Shown one piece after another: positions 45,854 to 56,490 of a DNA stretch of 64,000 nucleotides. Below the pieces are notes generated by a model. That model was given only the letters and a program-made list of their open reading frames with translations, searched no databases and was not told the origin of the DNA. The position numbers and the translations under genes are program-made. The stretch is from NCBI RefSeq assembly GCF_011045215.1, contig NZ_CP049201.1; one strand, given 5' to 3'. Each line of letters starts with the position of its first letter. The first letter of the stretch is position 1. The stretch is from Escherichia coli (GTDB lineage Bacteria; Pseudomonadota; Gammaproteobacteria; Enterobacterales; Enterobacteriaceae).

Positions 45854-48800
45854 TTAATGGAAAATGACGTCAGCTGCGCTTAACGCCTCACTCAAATCAA
45901 ACACATCGAGTTCGGCAAAAGTGACGGATTTATTGTTACGGTAAACCCGAAGAGAATGGAAGCTCATCAGCGCTTTGCTATCAGCACTGTAGTGGTTAAA
46001 ACCGGGTGAAAACTTAAGGACCAGCCGGTACTCACCCAGGTCATAGACAAATGCGTCCTCATAGCCTGACTCCCAGCCTTTGTATCGCATTCCCATAAGT
46101 TGCCCAACGGTAGCGGATTTACCTTCCCAGCGAGTCAGGCTGTTACTGGTTGACTCGTCAGGTGTGAGCAGCACCGTGCGGCGCGACAACTGGCGAAAAG
46201 GCGGCATAATTTCGTAATCGGCAAAAAGCTGTGCAAATTCACTGCGCATTTCTACTGTCATTTCTAACGGGTGGGCAATGCCAATCAGAGCGTCCGCAGG
46301 CAGGTCAATTGGCTCATCTTGCGCATTGCAGAACTCCCCCTCTGCGGCCACACGAAAGGCGTTGAGTAAACAACGCGGTTCATTTGCCGGATAAACCCCC
46401 CATATTAATCGCTGGGTAACCAGACGGGTAAAGGGATGATTAACAAACAGAGAATGAAAATCTGCCAGCGACCAGCGTCGGGTGGTACGTAGGGCCGTTT
46501 CAAGACGCGGGAGCAGGTTTTTGCTCACCTGAGTGGCATCTTTTTTTAGCCCTTTTAGTTGGGCCAGTGCCTCGGGCGCTTTCAGTTGATCGTCATCGGC
46601 GCGCAACCGGGGAACGCTTTTCTGGCGAACGTTTTGCTGATCAAAGATAATCGGGTTGAGGTTTTCATCGAAGCGAACGGTAAACTGCCGGGGACCAAAA
46701 TCAAAAATCAACGCCTGCGGATCATCAAGGCCAAGGGTTGGGACTAATCTGTCCGCTAGCTCTTCCTGGCTTAGCCCGCGATTTTCTGCGACCACCTGAA
46801 GAAATTCCGCCGCGTTATCACGTAAGGGGCGGGATTTAGCCCGTTGCGATATATGATGCAGCTGTATCAGCGCCATATCATTATTCATCAGGGTAAGGAT
46901 GTTCAGGCCGCTGACAGCACGGGCAGATTTGCCTTCTTGTGGCCAGGCGAGGATCTGTGTCGTCAGATCCCGTGCCGTGCTTTCGTCACCAAAGAGACTT
47001 AACGCCAGAAATGCCCAGTTGTCTTTTGCGGGGGCACCAGCTTGTTGCCACGCAGTGAAGAGATCCCAGGCAAAAGCTGCCAGCGTTTGTGGCTGGCAGA
47101 ACGTTTTCAGTTGTTCCAGCCCGCTATAAAAACGTCCCCCCTGGGTAAAGCGCAGCATTTCGCCGAAAATTTCCAGAGCGTCATCGGTAACAGTTTGATT
47201 ATTAGTGATAAGGCGCGGCCTGGACCACATTTGCGGATGCCAGAAATCAGGGGCTTTTGGAATGCGTGCCGGGTAAATCTCTATTGGACTCTGTTTAAGT
47301 AATTGTTCCAGGGCAGGCCATAGATCTGTACGCTGCCAACGATTGGCTAAAGTTTGTAGCAATTCGCCATGCCCATGTTCGTAAAGTAAACGCAGGGCAA
47401 GTAATGCAGCTTCGCTTTTATCGCTGGATTTGGTGAAGACAAGAGGGATAAGTGCAGTAGCCGTATGTTCCGGCCAATGTAAAATCCACTGGCGAGCCAG
47501 ATTACGCTGGCCCGCAAAACGGTGCCAGACGCGGGCAATGGGCAGGGCCAGTTCTGTTGCGCCGAAATTTAAAATTAACGGAAATGTTTCTTTTGGACGA
47601 TGTGAAAAAGCCAACAGCAGACCTGGTAGCGCATCCAATCCGAGGATACTGAGAAAATAGTCCTCACCCGCGAACAGATGCTTTTTCTCATTGATACGCA
47701 GCCAGAAGGTCAAAGCTATCTCACGCGGCAACTGTGCCAATAAATACAGGTTCCAGACACTCTTTTCCGGACGATAACGTGAGTAGTTGTCATTTTCCCA
47801 TATGTTAATTAACGCTTCTACGTGACCACTGCGAAGCGCCTGTTCTGCTAATGGTGCTTCCGGGGAGTTCCAGCCATTCAGGATCTCTTCAACCCGCCCC
47901 TGGTAGTAATGCCACTCAACAATGAGTGAATTGCGTGCAGCATCCAGTTTTCCGGGGAGTATATAATTCAAAAACAGCCATACATCATCCCCAAAACCCA
48001 GTTCCTGTAATACAACTCGCCCACTTTTTTGTTCCATGCGTTCCGCAAGAGATTCCGTGCTGAAATAACGGGCAGGCTCAGTGGCGGCAAGCCTCTCTCG
48101 TTCGCCTGGTTGCCAGTAAACTTGCGGAGTTAATTCGAGCCGTGCCAAATCAAGACGTGGAGCTGTCATTTTTTTCTTACTACGCCACGGTGGTGAAACG
48201 AGGATTTCAGGCAGATTGCTGTTATCGGTGCCATCAATAACCGGTTTTGGCAGTGCCGATAAATAACTCTTCAGCACTGCCCTGGCTTGAGTACTTAACC
48301 ACGGCATCACTTCTGCTGCCAGTTGTGGCTGCGATGCCATCAGCGTTTGTAACAGCGTACGCCAGTATTCATCGCGTGCTTTTTGCTGTGCAGGCAGCTT
48401 TTTGTCTTCGATGATTGGATAACCAGGGCGGGCTGGTGGTTCTGTTAACGCCAGCAGTTCTGCCAGTGCGGCGAGCGTCGCATGGGGGAAGTTTTTATGG
48501 TATTTAGCTACACGTTGCAGGCTGGGTTTGTTTTTATCAGCCACCAGTAGCAAGGTGCGGATGACTTGCGGATGGTTAATTTGTACCAGCAGACTGCCGC
48601 AATCTTCTTTATAGGCATACATCGCGAGGCGCGGAATGGCTGCCAGTCCTTGTTCGCGCAAAAGGGCGGCGCAGGCCGCGTAGCCGAAGTGGTTTTCATG
48701 CGACATGTAGCTGGCTTCTCGATCGCTAAATATATCCTGGCTCCAGTAGTGTTCGAGTTTTCTCACCGCTGTGGGGTCATTAGCTACAACTTTTAACCAC

Positions 48801-49486
48801 TCCTTAGAATGAAAATGAGTTCGCGGGCATTCAAGGCCTACCAACTCATTGGCTATTTCTGGTTTTTCCGGGAGGATCAGCGCAATAAAAGGGCGGCGAA
48901 CTTTGGTTATTCCTGGTAGTGCGGCAATGAGTTTGTCGGCGCAACGCTGCCAGCAGCTTTCCTCTGCCAGAGAGAGGTGTTTACGCAGTCGGAGATCGAA
49001 TTCGTTATAGGTTTCTGAGCGATAACCATAGCCATAGTCCTCGTTCTGATACTGCAATGTGACTACCAGAGGATCACTCTCATAACACCGTGCAATAAAC
49101 TGGCGTGCAATCACCACCTCAGTCGCATATTCCAGCCCCTCTTGTTGGACGATTTCGTCGAGCAACTGTTGGCTGTCATTTTGCGCGATACAGGCTAGCG
49201 CCGCCATTGTCCGGGCCGGGATTGAGGGTTTGTGTTCGCCGATCAAGTTGATGGCCTGCGTGATGGCGGACTGCCACTCCAGTGAAAAATTTTCATAACG
49301 CCAGACAATGTTTTTTTTCTTCTCAGCTTTTTGTAGCAATTCATCACCCAGTGTCTGAATGATGCTTTCAGTGATAACAGGCACTGGTTCGCCCGGCCAA
49401 TTGCGATGGCTGAGTGGTGTTTTACCCTTTTTATATTTCAGTTCCAGTTGGGCGTTATCAGCCAGCCACGGTAATTCCTTGTCCAT
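45854..49486 (-). CDS. yehI: Giant DUF4132-family protein (MolR paralog lacking the N-terminal WGR segment)
   Basis: 1210 aa; C-terminal ~450 aa aligns by eye with the C-termini of the two upstream paralogs. Confidence 0.8.
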   Translation of the reverse strand: MDKELPWLADNAQLELKYKKGKTPLSHRNWPGEPVPVITESIIQTLGDELLQKAEKKKNIVWRYENFSLEWQSAITQAINLIGEHKPSIPARTMAALACIAQNDSQQLLDEIVQQEGLEYATEVVIARQFIARCYESDPLVVTLQYQNEDYGYGYRSETYNEFDLRLRKHLSLAEESCWQRCADKLIAALPGITKVRRPFIALILPEKPEIANELVGLECPRTHFHSKEWLKVVANDPTAVRKLEHYWSQDIFSDREASYMSHENHFGYAACAALLREQGLAAIPRLAMYAYKEDCGSLLVQINHPQVIRTLLLVADKNKPSLQRVAKYHKNFPHATLAALAELLALTEPPARPGYPIIEDKKLPAQQKARDEYWRTLLQTLMASQPQLAAEVMPWLSTQARAVLKSYLSALPKPVIDGTDNSNLPEILVSPPWRSKKKMTAPRLDLARLELTPQVYWQPGERERLAATEPARYFSTESLAERMEQKSGRVVLQELGFGDDVWLFLNYILPGKLDAARNSLIVEWHYYQGRVEEILNGWNSPEAPLAEQALRSGHVEALINIWENDNYSRYRPEKSVWNLYLLAQLPREIALTFWLRINEKKHLFAGEDYFLSILGLDALPGLLLAFSHRPKETFPLILNFGATELALPIARVWHRFAGQRNLARQWILHWPEHTATALIPLVFTKSSDKSEAALLALRLLYEHGHGELLQTLANRWQRTDLWPALEQLLKQSPIEIYPARIPKAPDFWHPQMWSRPRLITNNQTVTDDALEIFGEMLRFTQGGRFYSGLEQLKTFCQPQTLAAFAWDLFTAWQQAGAPAKDNWAFLALSLFGDESTARDLTTQILAWPQEGKSARAVSGLNILTLMNNDMALIQLHHISQRAKSRPLRDNAAEFLQVVAENRGLSQEELADRLVPTLGLDDPQALIFDFGPRQFTVRFDENLNPIIFDQQNVRQKSVPRLRADDDQLKAPEALAQLKGLKKDATQVSKNLLPRLETALRTTRRWSLADFHSLFVNHPFTRLVTQRLIWGVYPANEPRCLLNAFRVAAEGEFCNAQDEPIDLPADALIGIAHPLEMTVEMRSEFAQLFADYEIMPPFRQLSRRTVLLTPDESTSNSLTRWEGKSATVGQLMGMRYKGWESGYEDAFVYDLGEYRLVLKFSPGFNHYSADSKALMSFHSLRVYRNNKSVTFAELDVFDLSEALSAADVIFH

Positions 49487-49495
49487 GCTCTTTCC

Positions 49496-52400
49496 TTATT
49501 CAAACAGGGCTTCAATATCGTTAATTAGCTCGCTGGCGGTGATGGCATCGAGTACGGAGAACAGCGCTTCCTGTGTTGAATTACTCCCCCAGCCATAGCT
49601 TTCCGCTTTGCCTTCCCATAGCCACAGCTTGCTTAAGAGCTGCTCAGCGCTAAGTTCGGCTGGTGACATACCCACTGCAAAGCCTTCATCGATTTCCATG
49701 ATTAACGACCAGCGGCCCAGAGGTTTGATCATCCAGCCGATCCAGCCTCCATCCTGTGGTTCGCCCTTTATCCAGCCTTTATTCGCCAGCCCCATTACCC
49801 GACCGCTCGGGCATTTTCTGCCTGCCCAGCGGGTCAGTTCGCTGGCGTTGCGCTCGGCTTCTGTCAGGGCGTAACTGTTACGGTCAAGCTGGCGGAACGG
49901 TGGTAACAGTTCGTAGTCGGCAAAAAGCTGACCAAAGGCGGCAGCATCCGTCGGTGATATTTCCAGAACGTGAGGAATACCAATAGAGATATCGCCTTCC
50001 GGCAGGGTGAAAAGATCATCGTCAGCGGTGCTGTAGCTGTTATCTTCCGCTACGCGAAAGCAAGCCTGCAGCTGGTTTTCGGCGCTATAAACGCCCCAAA
50101 TCAGACGGCGGGTTAAGTGGCGAACCAGCGGATGCTCAACCAGGAAGAGCTGAAAGTTTTCCGGTGACCAGCGGCGACGCAGGCACATGGCGGATTCCAG
50201 CCTTGCTACCTGCTGGGCGGCGACGGTACGCGCATCTTTTTTCAGCAGTTTGTAGCGGTTAACAGCATCGTTCGCCTGTGATTCATCATCGCTTTTGTTT
50301 GGTTTGGGCAGGTCTTTCAGACGGCTGCCAGAAACATCACGCACAAACGGTTTTAAGGTTTCATCAAAGCTGACGGTGAACTGGCGTGAGCCGAAATCCA
50401 GCAGCAACGAACCGTTATCATCCAGACCGAGATCCGGTGCTAACCGATCTTCAAGCTCTGCCACCGTGAGTTCGCGGCTTTCGGCAATGTCGGCAATTTT
50501 TTCTTTTGCCCGCTCCTGTAATGCTTTGAATTTCAGTTTCTGGGCAATACCGTTAAGCTGCATCAGGGCGATATCACTACCGATAGCGGCGAGAATATCC
50601 AACCCAACGGTGGCGCGTTTATGCTGGGATTCACCAGGCCAGGCGCGTATTAATGGCGTCAGTTTGCGGGCGGTGTCATCGTTACCAAGAACGCCTAACG
50701 CAGTGAACGCCCAACTCTCTTTCGACGGTGCGCCCGCAGTCAGCCAGGCGGTAAACAGATCCCAGGCAAATTCAGCCAGTGAGTCGGCGGTACAGGCATC
50801 TTTCACCTGCAATAATCCCGGATACAGGGCCTCTTCCTGAGGGAAGCGGAGCATTTCACCGAGGTGCTGGAGTGCGCTATCTGGCAGTACCTTGCTGCTA
50901 TTTTTGAGTTTCGGGCGAGTCCATAATGGAGGTTGATAAAACAACGGTAAAGGGGGGATTTTCGCCGGGTATTTACCCACAGGACTGTTGTCGTTATTTT
51001 TATTTTGAGTTTCCCAGGGCGGCGAGACTAGTACCATTGGTAGAATTTCTGAGTTTGCAAAATCTTCATTGCGACTATTCAGCAATTGCTGACATTGTTG
51101 CAATAAATTTACCGCTTGCGACGATAATCCGATGACTAATTTTTCGACCAATAAAGGATTTGCATTAAGTAATGAAACCAGCAACGTATGTTTGCGTTTA
51201 TCATCTTTTTTTACCAATGCTTCGGCTAATGCCGCTATCGTGGCAGAAGGAAAATTTTCGGCACTTTTTATTAGTCGTTCATAACAGCGTTTATTAGTAT
51301 CGGCGGCTTCGATGAGTGCCGTAATGGCCAACGGATGATTAATACATTTCAGTACGTCACCGCAATTATCTTCTTCAGCATAGGGAGCCAGGCGAGCCAG
51401 TGCCGCTATACCTTGCTCCCGTAATACCGTAGCTGACCAACTGGCACCATAGGTGTTAAATACATCAATGTATTGATAGTTCTCCAGTATTTCGAGCGTG
51501 AATGGATCTGTCGCTACCAGTTTCAACATTTCAAGTTGTGGAACATCTGCGACCTGGTGTAAACGATGTACGATCTCATGGGCCACTTCGGGTATTTCTG
51601 GCATTAAAATGGCAATTAACGGTTGGCGATAGAGTGATATATCTGGTAACGCAACGAGTAATTTTGCAATGCAATTTTGCCATACTTCTTCTTCTGCTAG
51701 TGATAAATGTTTACGCAGACGTAAACTAAATTTGTCGTTATTCCTTCTATAACTGTCCTTGCTGCTATCTGCATAATTAATAAAGAAAGTCAAATGTTCA
51801 TCTTTATAGTCAAAATCGAAATCAATTTGCCACCAGAAGATGACAGTTTCAGTTGCGTATTCGATACCGAAGGTGCTTACAATTTCATCCAGCAACTCGG
51901 ATGAGGTTTCATCATTCCAGCCCTGACAAAAACATATTTCCAGAAAAGTAAGTACCGCCATAGTACGCGCGGGTATCTTAGTCTTTTGGGCCTTAATTAA
52001 GCTGATTGCCTGGCTAATCGCATCAGCCCATTCATCAGAGCATGAGCTGTAATCGAAAGTCAGATTTTTATAATAATGATAAGTACGATTTGCCAATCGG
52101 GAAATTAAATTTTGTTTCTCGGGTTTGGTTGGTTTTTTTACTGGCTCTCCCGGCCAAAGGCGGTGGCTGAGGGCATGGCGGGCAATATTCGGGGGAAGAA
52201 TAATGGGATCGTTGTCTGCCAGCCAGGGTAAACCATTAGTTGCTGCCTGGCGATTTATTGAGGCTTTTTCCTCTGTGACCAGGACTTTCTTTGCTGAGGC
52301 ATCATGTGAGTGAGCGTTAGCGTCTACTTGCTCCACATACCCCTTCTTCACCTTCTCCGCAATCAGCTTCAGTGCTGCTTTTTCCGCCGCCGCAGTATCT

Positions 52401-52528
52401 GCAAAGCTTTTTACCTGACTTTGCCCGTTGGTACCGACTTTACCCCAGTTAATATGCAGCTCGTTTCCCTGCTGCTCCACCGCCCAGAATTTATGTGATT
52501 TTTCGTCCTGATAAATATAGGTTTTCAT
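49496..52528 (-). CDS. WGR-domain / DUF4132 protein, middle MolR-family paralog
   Basis: 1010 aa; N-terminal 65 aa nearly identical to the upstream paralog; C-terminal half ~70% identical to it; central part AT-rich and divergent. Confidence 0.75.
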   Translation of the reverse strand: MKTYIYQDEKSHKFWAVEQQGNELHINWGKVGTNGQSQVKSFADTAAAEKAALKLIAEKVKKGYVEQVDANAHSHDASAKKVLVTEEKASINRQAATNGLPWLADNDPIILPPNIARHALSHRLWPGEPVKKPTKPEKQNLISRLANRTYHYYKNLTFDYSSCSDEWADAISQAISLIKAQKTKIPARTMAVLTFLEICFCQGWNDETSSELLDEIVSTFGIEYATETVIFWWQIDFDFDYKDEHLTFFINYADSSKDSYRRNNDKFSLRLRKHLSLAEEEVWQNCIAKLLVALPDISLYRQPLIAILMPEIPEVAHEIVHRLHQVADVPQLEMLKLVATDPFTLEILENYQYIDVFNTYGASWSATVLREQGIAALARLAPYAEEDNCGDVLKCINHPLAITALIEAADTNKRCYERLIKSAENFPSATIAALAEALVKKDDKRKHTLLVSLLNANPLLVEKLVIGLSSQAVNLLQQCQQLLNSRNEDFANSEILPMVLVSPPWETQNKNNDNSPVGKYPAKIPPLPLFYQPPLWTRPKLKNSSKVLPDSALQHLGEMLRFPQEEALYPGLLQVKDACTADSLAEFAWDLFTAWLTAGAPSKESWAFTALGVLGNDDTARKLTPLIRAWPGESQHKRATVGLDILAAIGSDIALMQLNGIAQKLKFKALQERAKEKIADIAESRELTVAELEDRLAPDLGLDDNGSLLLDFGSRQFTVSFDETLKPFVRDVSGSRLKDLPKPNKSDDESQANDAVNRYKLLKKDARTVAAQQVARLESAMCLRRRWSPENFQLFLVEHPLVRHLTRRLIWGVYSAENQLQACFRVAEDNSYSTADDDLFTLPEGDISIGIPHVLEISPTDAAAFGQLFADYELLPPFRQLDRNSYALTEAERNASELTRWAGRKCPSGRVMGLANKGWIKGEPQDGGWIGWMIKPLGRWSLIMEIDEGFAVGMSPAELSAEQLLSKLWLWEGKAESYGWGSNSTQEALFSVLDAITASELINDIEALFE

Positions 52529-52540
52529 TGTTAAATCCTT

Positions 52541-55500
52541 TTAATCAAACAGTGATTCAATGTCGTTAATCAGCTCGCTGGCGGTGATGTCGTCGAGCAT
52601 GGAGAAAGTGGGTGAGGATTGTTTACCATAGCGATCATAAGGGGCGGTGATTTTTACGCTTTCGACAGGCAGCAGGTCGCTATACCCCGTTTCGCCATAA
52701 ATTAATGAAAAAGGTTCCGTTTCAAGTTCGAGAGCACCATAAGGGGTAGATTTGCGCATCGCATAGACGCTGCCGCTTTCTTCCAGACGTTGCCAGCCTC
52801 GGCGTTCCAGCCCGACAATGCGTCCGGCCTGGCAGAGACGTCCGTTCCAGCGTGACAATTCATGGACATTACGTTCGTTATCAGCAAGGTGGTAACTACC
52901 ACGTTCGAACTGTTGGAAAGGGGGAAGCAGTTCGTAATCAACGTAAATTTGCCTGAATGCAGCGGCGGATTCAGGGGGGATTTCCAGCACATGCGGTATA
53001 CCGATGTTTCCTGCTGGCAGCGTGAATAACTCATCCTGCGCATCGCTGTAAGTGCTGTCTTCTGCCACGCGAAAACAGGTGATAAGAGCGTTTTCATCGT
53101 TATAACCCCCCCATAACAGCCGTCGGGTTAAGTGACGTACCAGCGGATGCTCCACCAGAAACAGGCGGAACTGCTCTGCCGTCCAGCGTCTGCGCTGGCA
53201 CATAGCCTGTTCCAGACGGGTAATTTGCTGGCTGGCGATAGCACGAACATCTTTTTTCAACTGTTTGAAGAGATTAACTGCGTCAGTTGCCAGTGTTTTA
53301 TCATCGCTCTGGTTTGGCTTAGGTAAATCTTTCAGGACTTTGCCGTTTGCATCGCACACTACAGGTTTTAAGGTTTCGTCAAAACCAACGGTGAATTTGC
53401 GGGGGCCGAAATCCAGTGTCAGCGAGCCACTGCTATCAAGCCCTAAATCTGGAGCCAGGCGGTCTTCCAGTTCAGCCATAGTCAGCCCACGGTTTTCAGC
53501 AACTATGTTGATTTTCTCGCGGGCATGTTCCTGTAATGCTTTGAATTTAATTTTTCGCGCGATGCCATTAAGCAGCATTAGCGCAACATCGCTGCCAATA
53601 TCAGCTAATACATCCAGCCCGGACACCGCCCGTTTATGCTGGGATTCCCCAGGCCAGGCGCGGATAAGCGGGGTTAATTTACGCGCGGTGTCGTCATTGC
53701 CTAAAATCCCAAGCGAAGTAAATGCCCAGTTTTCTTTTGCGGGTGCGCCAGCTTCTGTCCAGGCGGTATACAGATCCCAGCCAAATTCAGCCAGTGATTC
53801 GCGGGTGAAGATTTCTCTAATGATATCCAGCCCAGCGTAGGCGGTAATGTCGCGAGGAAAGCTCAGCATAGTGCCGAGGTGGCGCATAGCGTCATCTGAC
53901 AGAGGCAGGTTGTTACTTTTAAGCCGTGGTCTGCGCCACAAGGTGAACTGATAAAAGCCGGACAGTGGGGCGATTTTAGCGGGATATTCTTCCAGTGGGT
54001 CGCTATCGAACAATGTTGCCAGCGCAGCTAAAACATCAGGTTGGTTGTATCCCTGGGCGATTTCCTCAATCGTTTCTCGCTGGTTTAAATTCACCAGCAG
54101 ACGAAGCGCCTGGCGGGCACAATCACGATCTTTTCCCTGTTTGCCCAGGGCCACAGGAAGTAGCCCGGCGGCGGCATGGCGTGGGTAGTCAGTTAGCCAG
54201 TTTCGCGCATCTTCATAAGACATTTTTTTCTGTAGCTGTTGCGCCATCGGTAAGGCCAGTTCACTGACACCGAGGAAGAAGGTGAAGAAGCACAGGCGTC
54301 GTGGATTACGTTGCAGACAGGTCATAAATGCAGGTATGGCGGCGCTACCAAAAATTGCCAGAATATTTTCCTCACCAGAGTAGTTATCTTCTTTGACTAT
54401 CTGGTTAAGAAAAGAAATGGCCTGTTGACCAGGCAGGTAACAGAGGGCCATGAGATCCCAGCTTTTGTATGCATTGTTATGGTATTGCGCAAATTCAGCA
54501 TTGAGTGCTGGAAAATCGAAGCGTAGCAGGGCATCAACGGCGCTTTGTGGGGCCGGAATTTTTTCGTATATTTTCTCTCCGCTTTCCCGCCATTTTTCAA
54601 AACCAAGATGCCACAGTATTTGTTGCTCCGGTGTAAGCGGTATTAATTGTTTCTCCCAGCTTGCTTTTTTCATCGGCGGCAGGTCGGTAAACAATGTTTG
54701 TTTTGTCGCCTGCTGTTGGGCTATTTGCTGGAAGCGGGTGACAAGGTAAGTACGGGTTAGTCTTTTGGCAATCTCGGGAGTGACATCAGAAACAGAAGGA
54801 ACTGGAAGCACAGGAAGATCAAACACAGGCGTATTTTTCTTTTTCTCTTTGGTCATCCAGGGCGGCGAAACAAGCAGTTGTGGCAACATATCCGCAGTGG
54901 CGTATTCACACACTTCAGTCACAGGTTGCAGGCGACATTCAGATAAGATGCCAGCGGCTTTGGCATTCACCCAGGGAATGACGTCGCATACTAACTCTGG
55001 CGTGGCGGTAATCAGTTTGACAAGCGCTTTACGCCACTCTTTATCTTCATGTATTGCCAGCAAAGTAGCATAAGCCGCAATAGCCGCAGCGGGATGCTTT
55101 TGACTGGCCTTGCTTAAGTATTCCAGGTGCTTTTTCTTACCAATTACACCGAGGATCAGAATTTGAATCGCATCCGGGTGATTAGTTTTCCATAGCCATT
55201 TGACAAGATTTTCAGTCTCGCTGATGCGTTCGAAGAGATAAGTGGGATTGTCAGAATGGTCTTCCGTAAACTCAAGAAGTATCCGGCTTACACCGCGCAC
55301 CCCATTATTTGCCAACAACATTGCCAGATAAGCGCGAAAATTACGAAAATCACGATACAACGGTGGGAAGTCGTATTTTTCCACTGTACTCAGAGCAGTA
55401 TCATCGGTTATCACCAGTCTTAACCAGGCCATCGCCGGGACGTTTTGGTCTGCATAGCGTAGAGCTATAGCATGGGCGATATCCGGGCGTTCAGGGAGCA

Positions 55501-56350
55501 GTAACGCCGCAAAAGGTTGCCGTGCGGGGGATAGCGTCGGAATGGCGGTGAGTACTTTATCTACACAGCGTTGCCACTCATCTTCTGAAGCGAGTGAAAG
55601 ATGATGACATAGACGTTGATGCCAACTAGGTAGCGATTCTGCTTCGTGATTAGGTGGAATGATGGTGGTTACTGCGCCTTTTACTGGTTTATATTTGAGT
55701 TGAAGGGCAAAAAGGGCGATTTCAACGGCGCTTTCCAGACCACAGCGAATGACTAAGTCATCGACCAGTTCATCTGCAGAGTAAGAGTTCCAAAAACTCC
55801 AGAGCAATGCTGCATCAGATTGCGCACTCCCTGTCTGTTGATTATCCAGAATTCGCCTTTGTAACTCAGCAAAAGCCTGCTGCCAGTTTTCAGGATAAGA
55901 GCGGTAATTGTTGTCGGGATCATATGCCCTGGTGTTATCTGCAATACGCTTCCATATCTCACCGTCTTTGCGCAGATAATTGATCTCTCTGGGGCGAGAG
56001 CGATGAGGAAAAGCAAATCGGTTAATATCGTCAGTTACCGGAATAACTGCATCATCAGCCAGCCACGGGCGTTGGTTTTTACTCTCAGGGGAAGATTCAA
56101 CTTCAGGAGTGGCTTTGGTGATGGGGGAGATATGCACGTTTGCTGAAGCATTTTCCACATAGCCTTTTTTCGTTTTCTCTGCGATCAGCTTAAGCTCCGC
56201 TTTTGCCGCTGCCGCAGCATCTGCAAAACTTTTTATCTGGCTTTGCCCTTTGGTGCCAACTTTTCCCCAACTGATATGCAACTCGTTTCCCTGTTGCTCC
56301 ACCGCCCAGAATTTATGTGATTTTTCGTCCTGATAGATAAAGTGTCTCAT
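52541..56350 (-). CDS. molR: WGR-domain / DUF4132 protein, intact MolR-like
   Basis: 1269 aa uninterrupted ORF starting MRHFIYQDEKSHKFWAVEQQGNELHISWGKVGT... (WGR-like); lies between metG and yehI, where K-12 carries a molR pseudogene as I recall. Confidence 0.75.
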   Translation of the reverse strand: MRHFIYQDEKSHKFWAVEQQGNELHISWGKVGTKGQSQIKSFADAAAAAKAELKLIAEKTKKGYVENASANVHISPITKATPEVESSPESKNQRPWLADDAVIPVTDDINRFAFPHRSRPREINYLRKDGEIWKRIADNTRAYDPDNNYRSYPENWQQAFAELQRRILDNQQTGSAQSDAALLWSFWNSYSADELVDDLVIRCGLESAVEIALFALQLKYKPVKGAVTTIIPPNHEAESLPSWHQRLCHHLSLASEDEWQRCVDKVLTAIPTLSPARQPFAALLLPERPDIAHAIALRYADQNVPAMAWLRLVITDDTALSTVEKYDFPPLYRDFRNFRAYLAMLLANNGVRGVSRILLEFTEDHSDNPTYLFERISETENLVKWLWKTNHPDAIQILILGVIGKKKHLEYLSKASQKHPAAAIAAYATLLAIHEDKEWRKALVKLITATPELVCDVIPWVNAKAAGILSECRLQPVTEVCEYATADMLPQLLVSPPWMTKEKKKNTPVFDLPVLPVPSVSDVTPEIAKRLTRTYLVTRFQQIAQQQATKQTLFTDLPPMKKASWEKQLIPLTPEQQILWHLGFEKWRESGEKIYEKIPAPQSAVDALLRFDFPALNAEFAQYHNNAYKSWDLMALCYLPGQQAISFLNQIVKEDNYSGEENILAIFGSAAIPAFMTCLQRNPRRLCFFTFFLGVSELALPMAQQLQKKMSYEDARNWLTDYPRHAAAGLLPVALGKQGKDRDCARQALRLLVNLNQRETIEEIAQGYNQPDVLAALATLFDSDPLEEYPAKIAPLSGFYQFTLWRRPRLKSNNLPLSDDAMRHLGTMLSFPRDITAYAGLDIIREIFTRESLAEFGWDLYTAWTEAGAPAKENWAFTSLGILGNDDTARKLTPLIRAWPGESQHKRAVSGLDVLADIGSDVALMLLNGIARKIKFKALQEHAREKINIVAENRGLTMAELEDRLAPDLGLDSSGSLTLDFGPRKFTVGFDETLKPVVCDANGKVLKDLPKPNQSDDKTLATDAVNLFKQLKKDVRAIASQQITRLEQAMCQRRRWTAEQFRLFLVEHPLVRHLTRRLLWGGYNDENALITCFRVAEDSTYSDAQDELFTLPAGNIGIPHVLEIPPESAAAFRQIYVDYELLPPFQQFERGSYHLADNERNVHELSRWNGRLCQAGRIVGLERRGWQRLEESGSVYAMRKSTPYGALELETEPFSLIYGETGYSDLLPVESVKITAPYDRYGKQSSPTFSMLDDITASELINDIESLFD

Positions 56351-56490
56351 TCTGCATCCCTGTAATTTTATCCAGTTAAATGCAGATGCTACCAGTATTT
56401 ATGCGGGTTAGAGAGAGACAAAATCGCAAGAAAACAACTTTAGGAATTTATAAAGAAAAGGCGCTGTCGATGCAGCGCCTTGAAGGGGGA

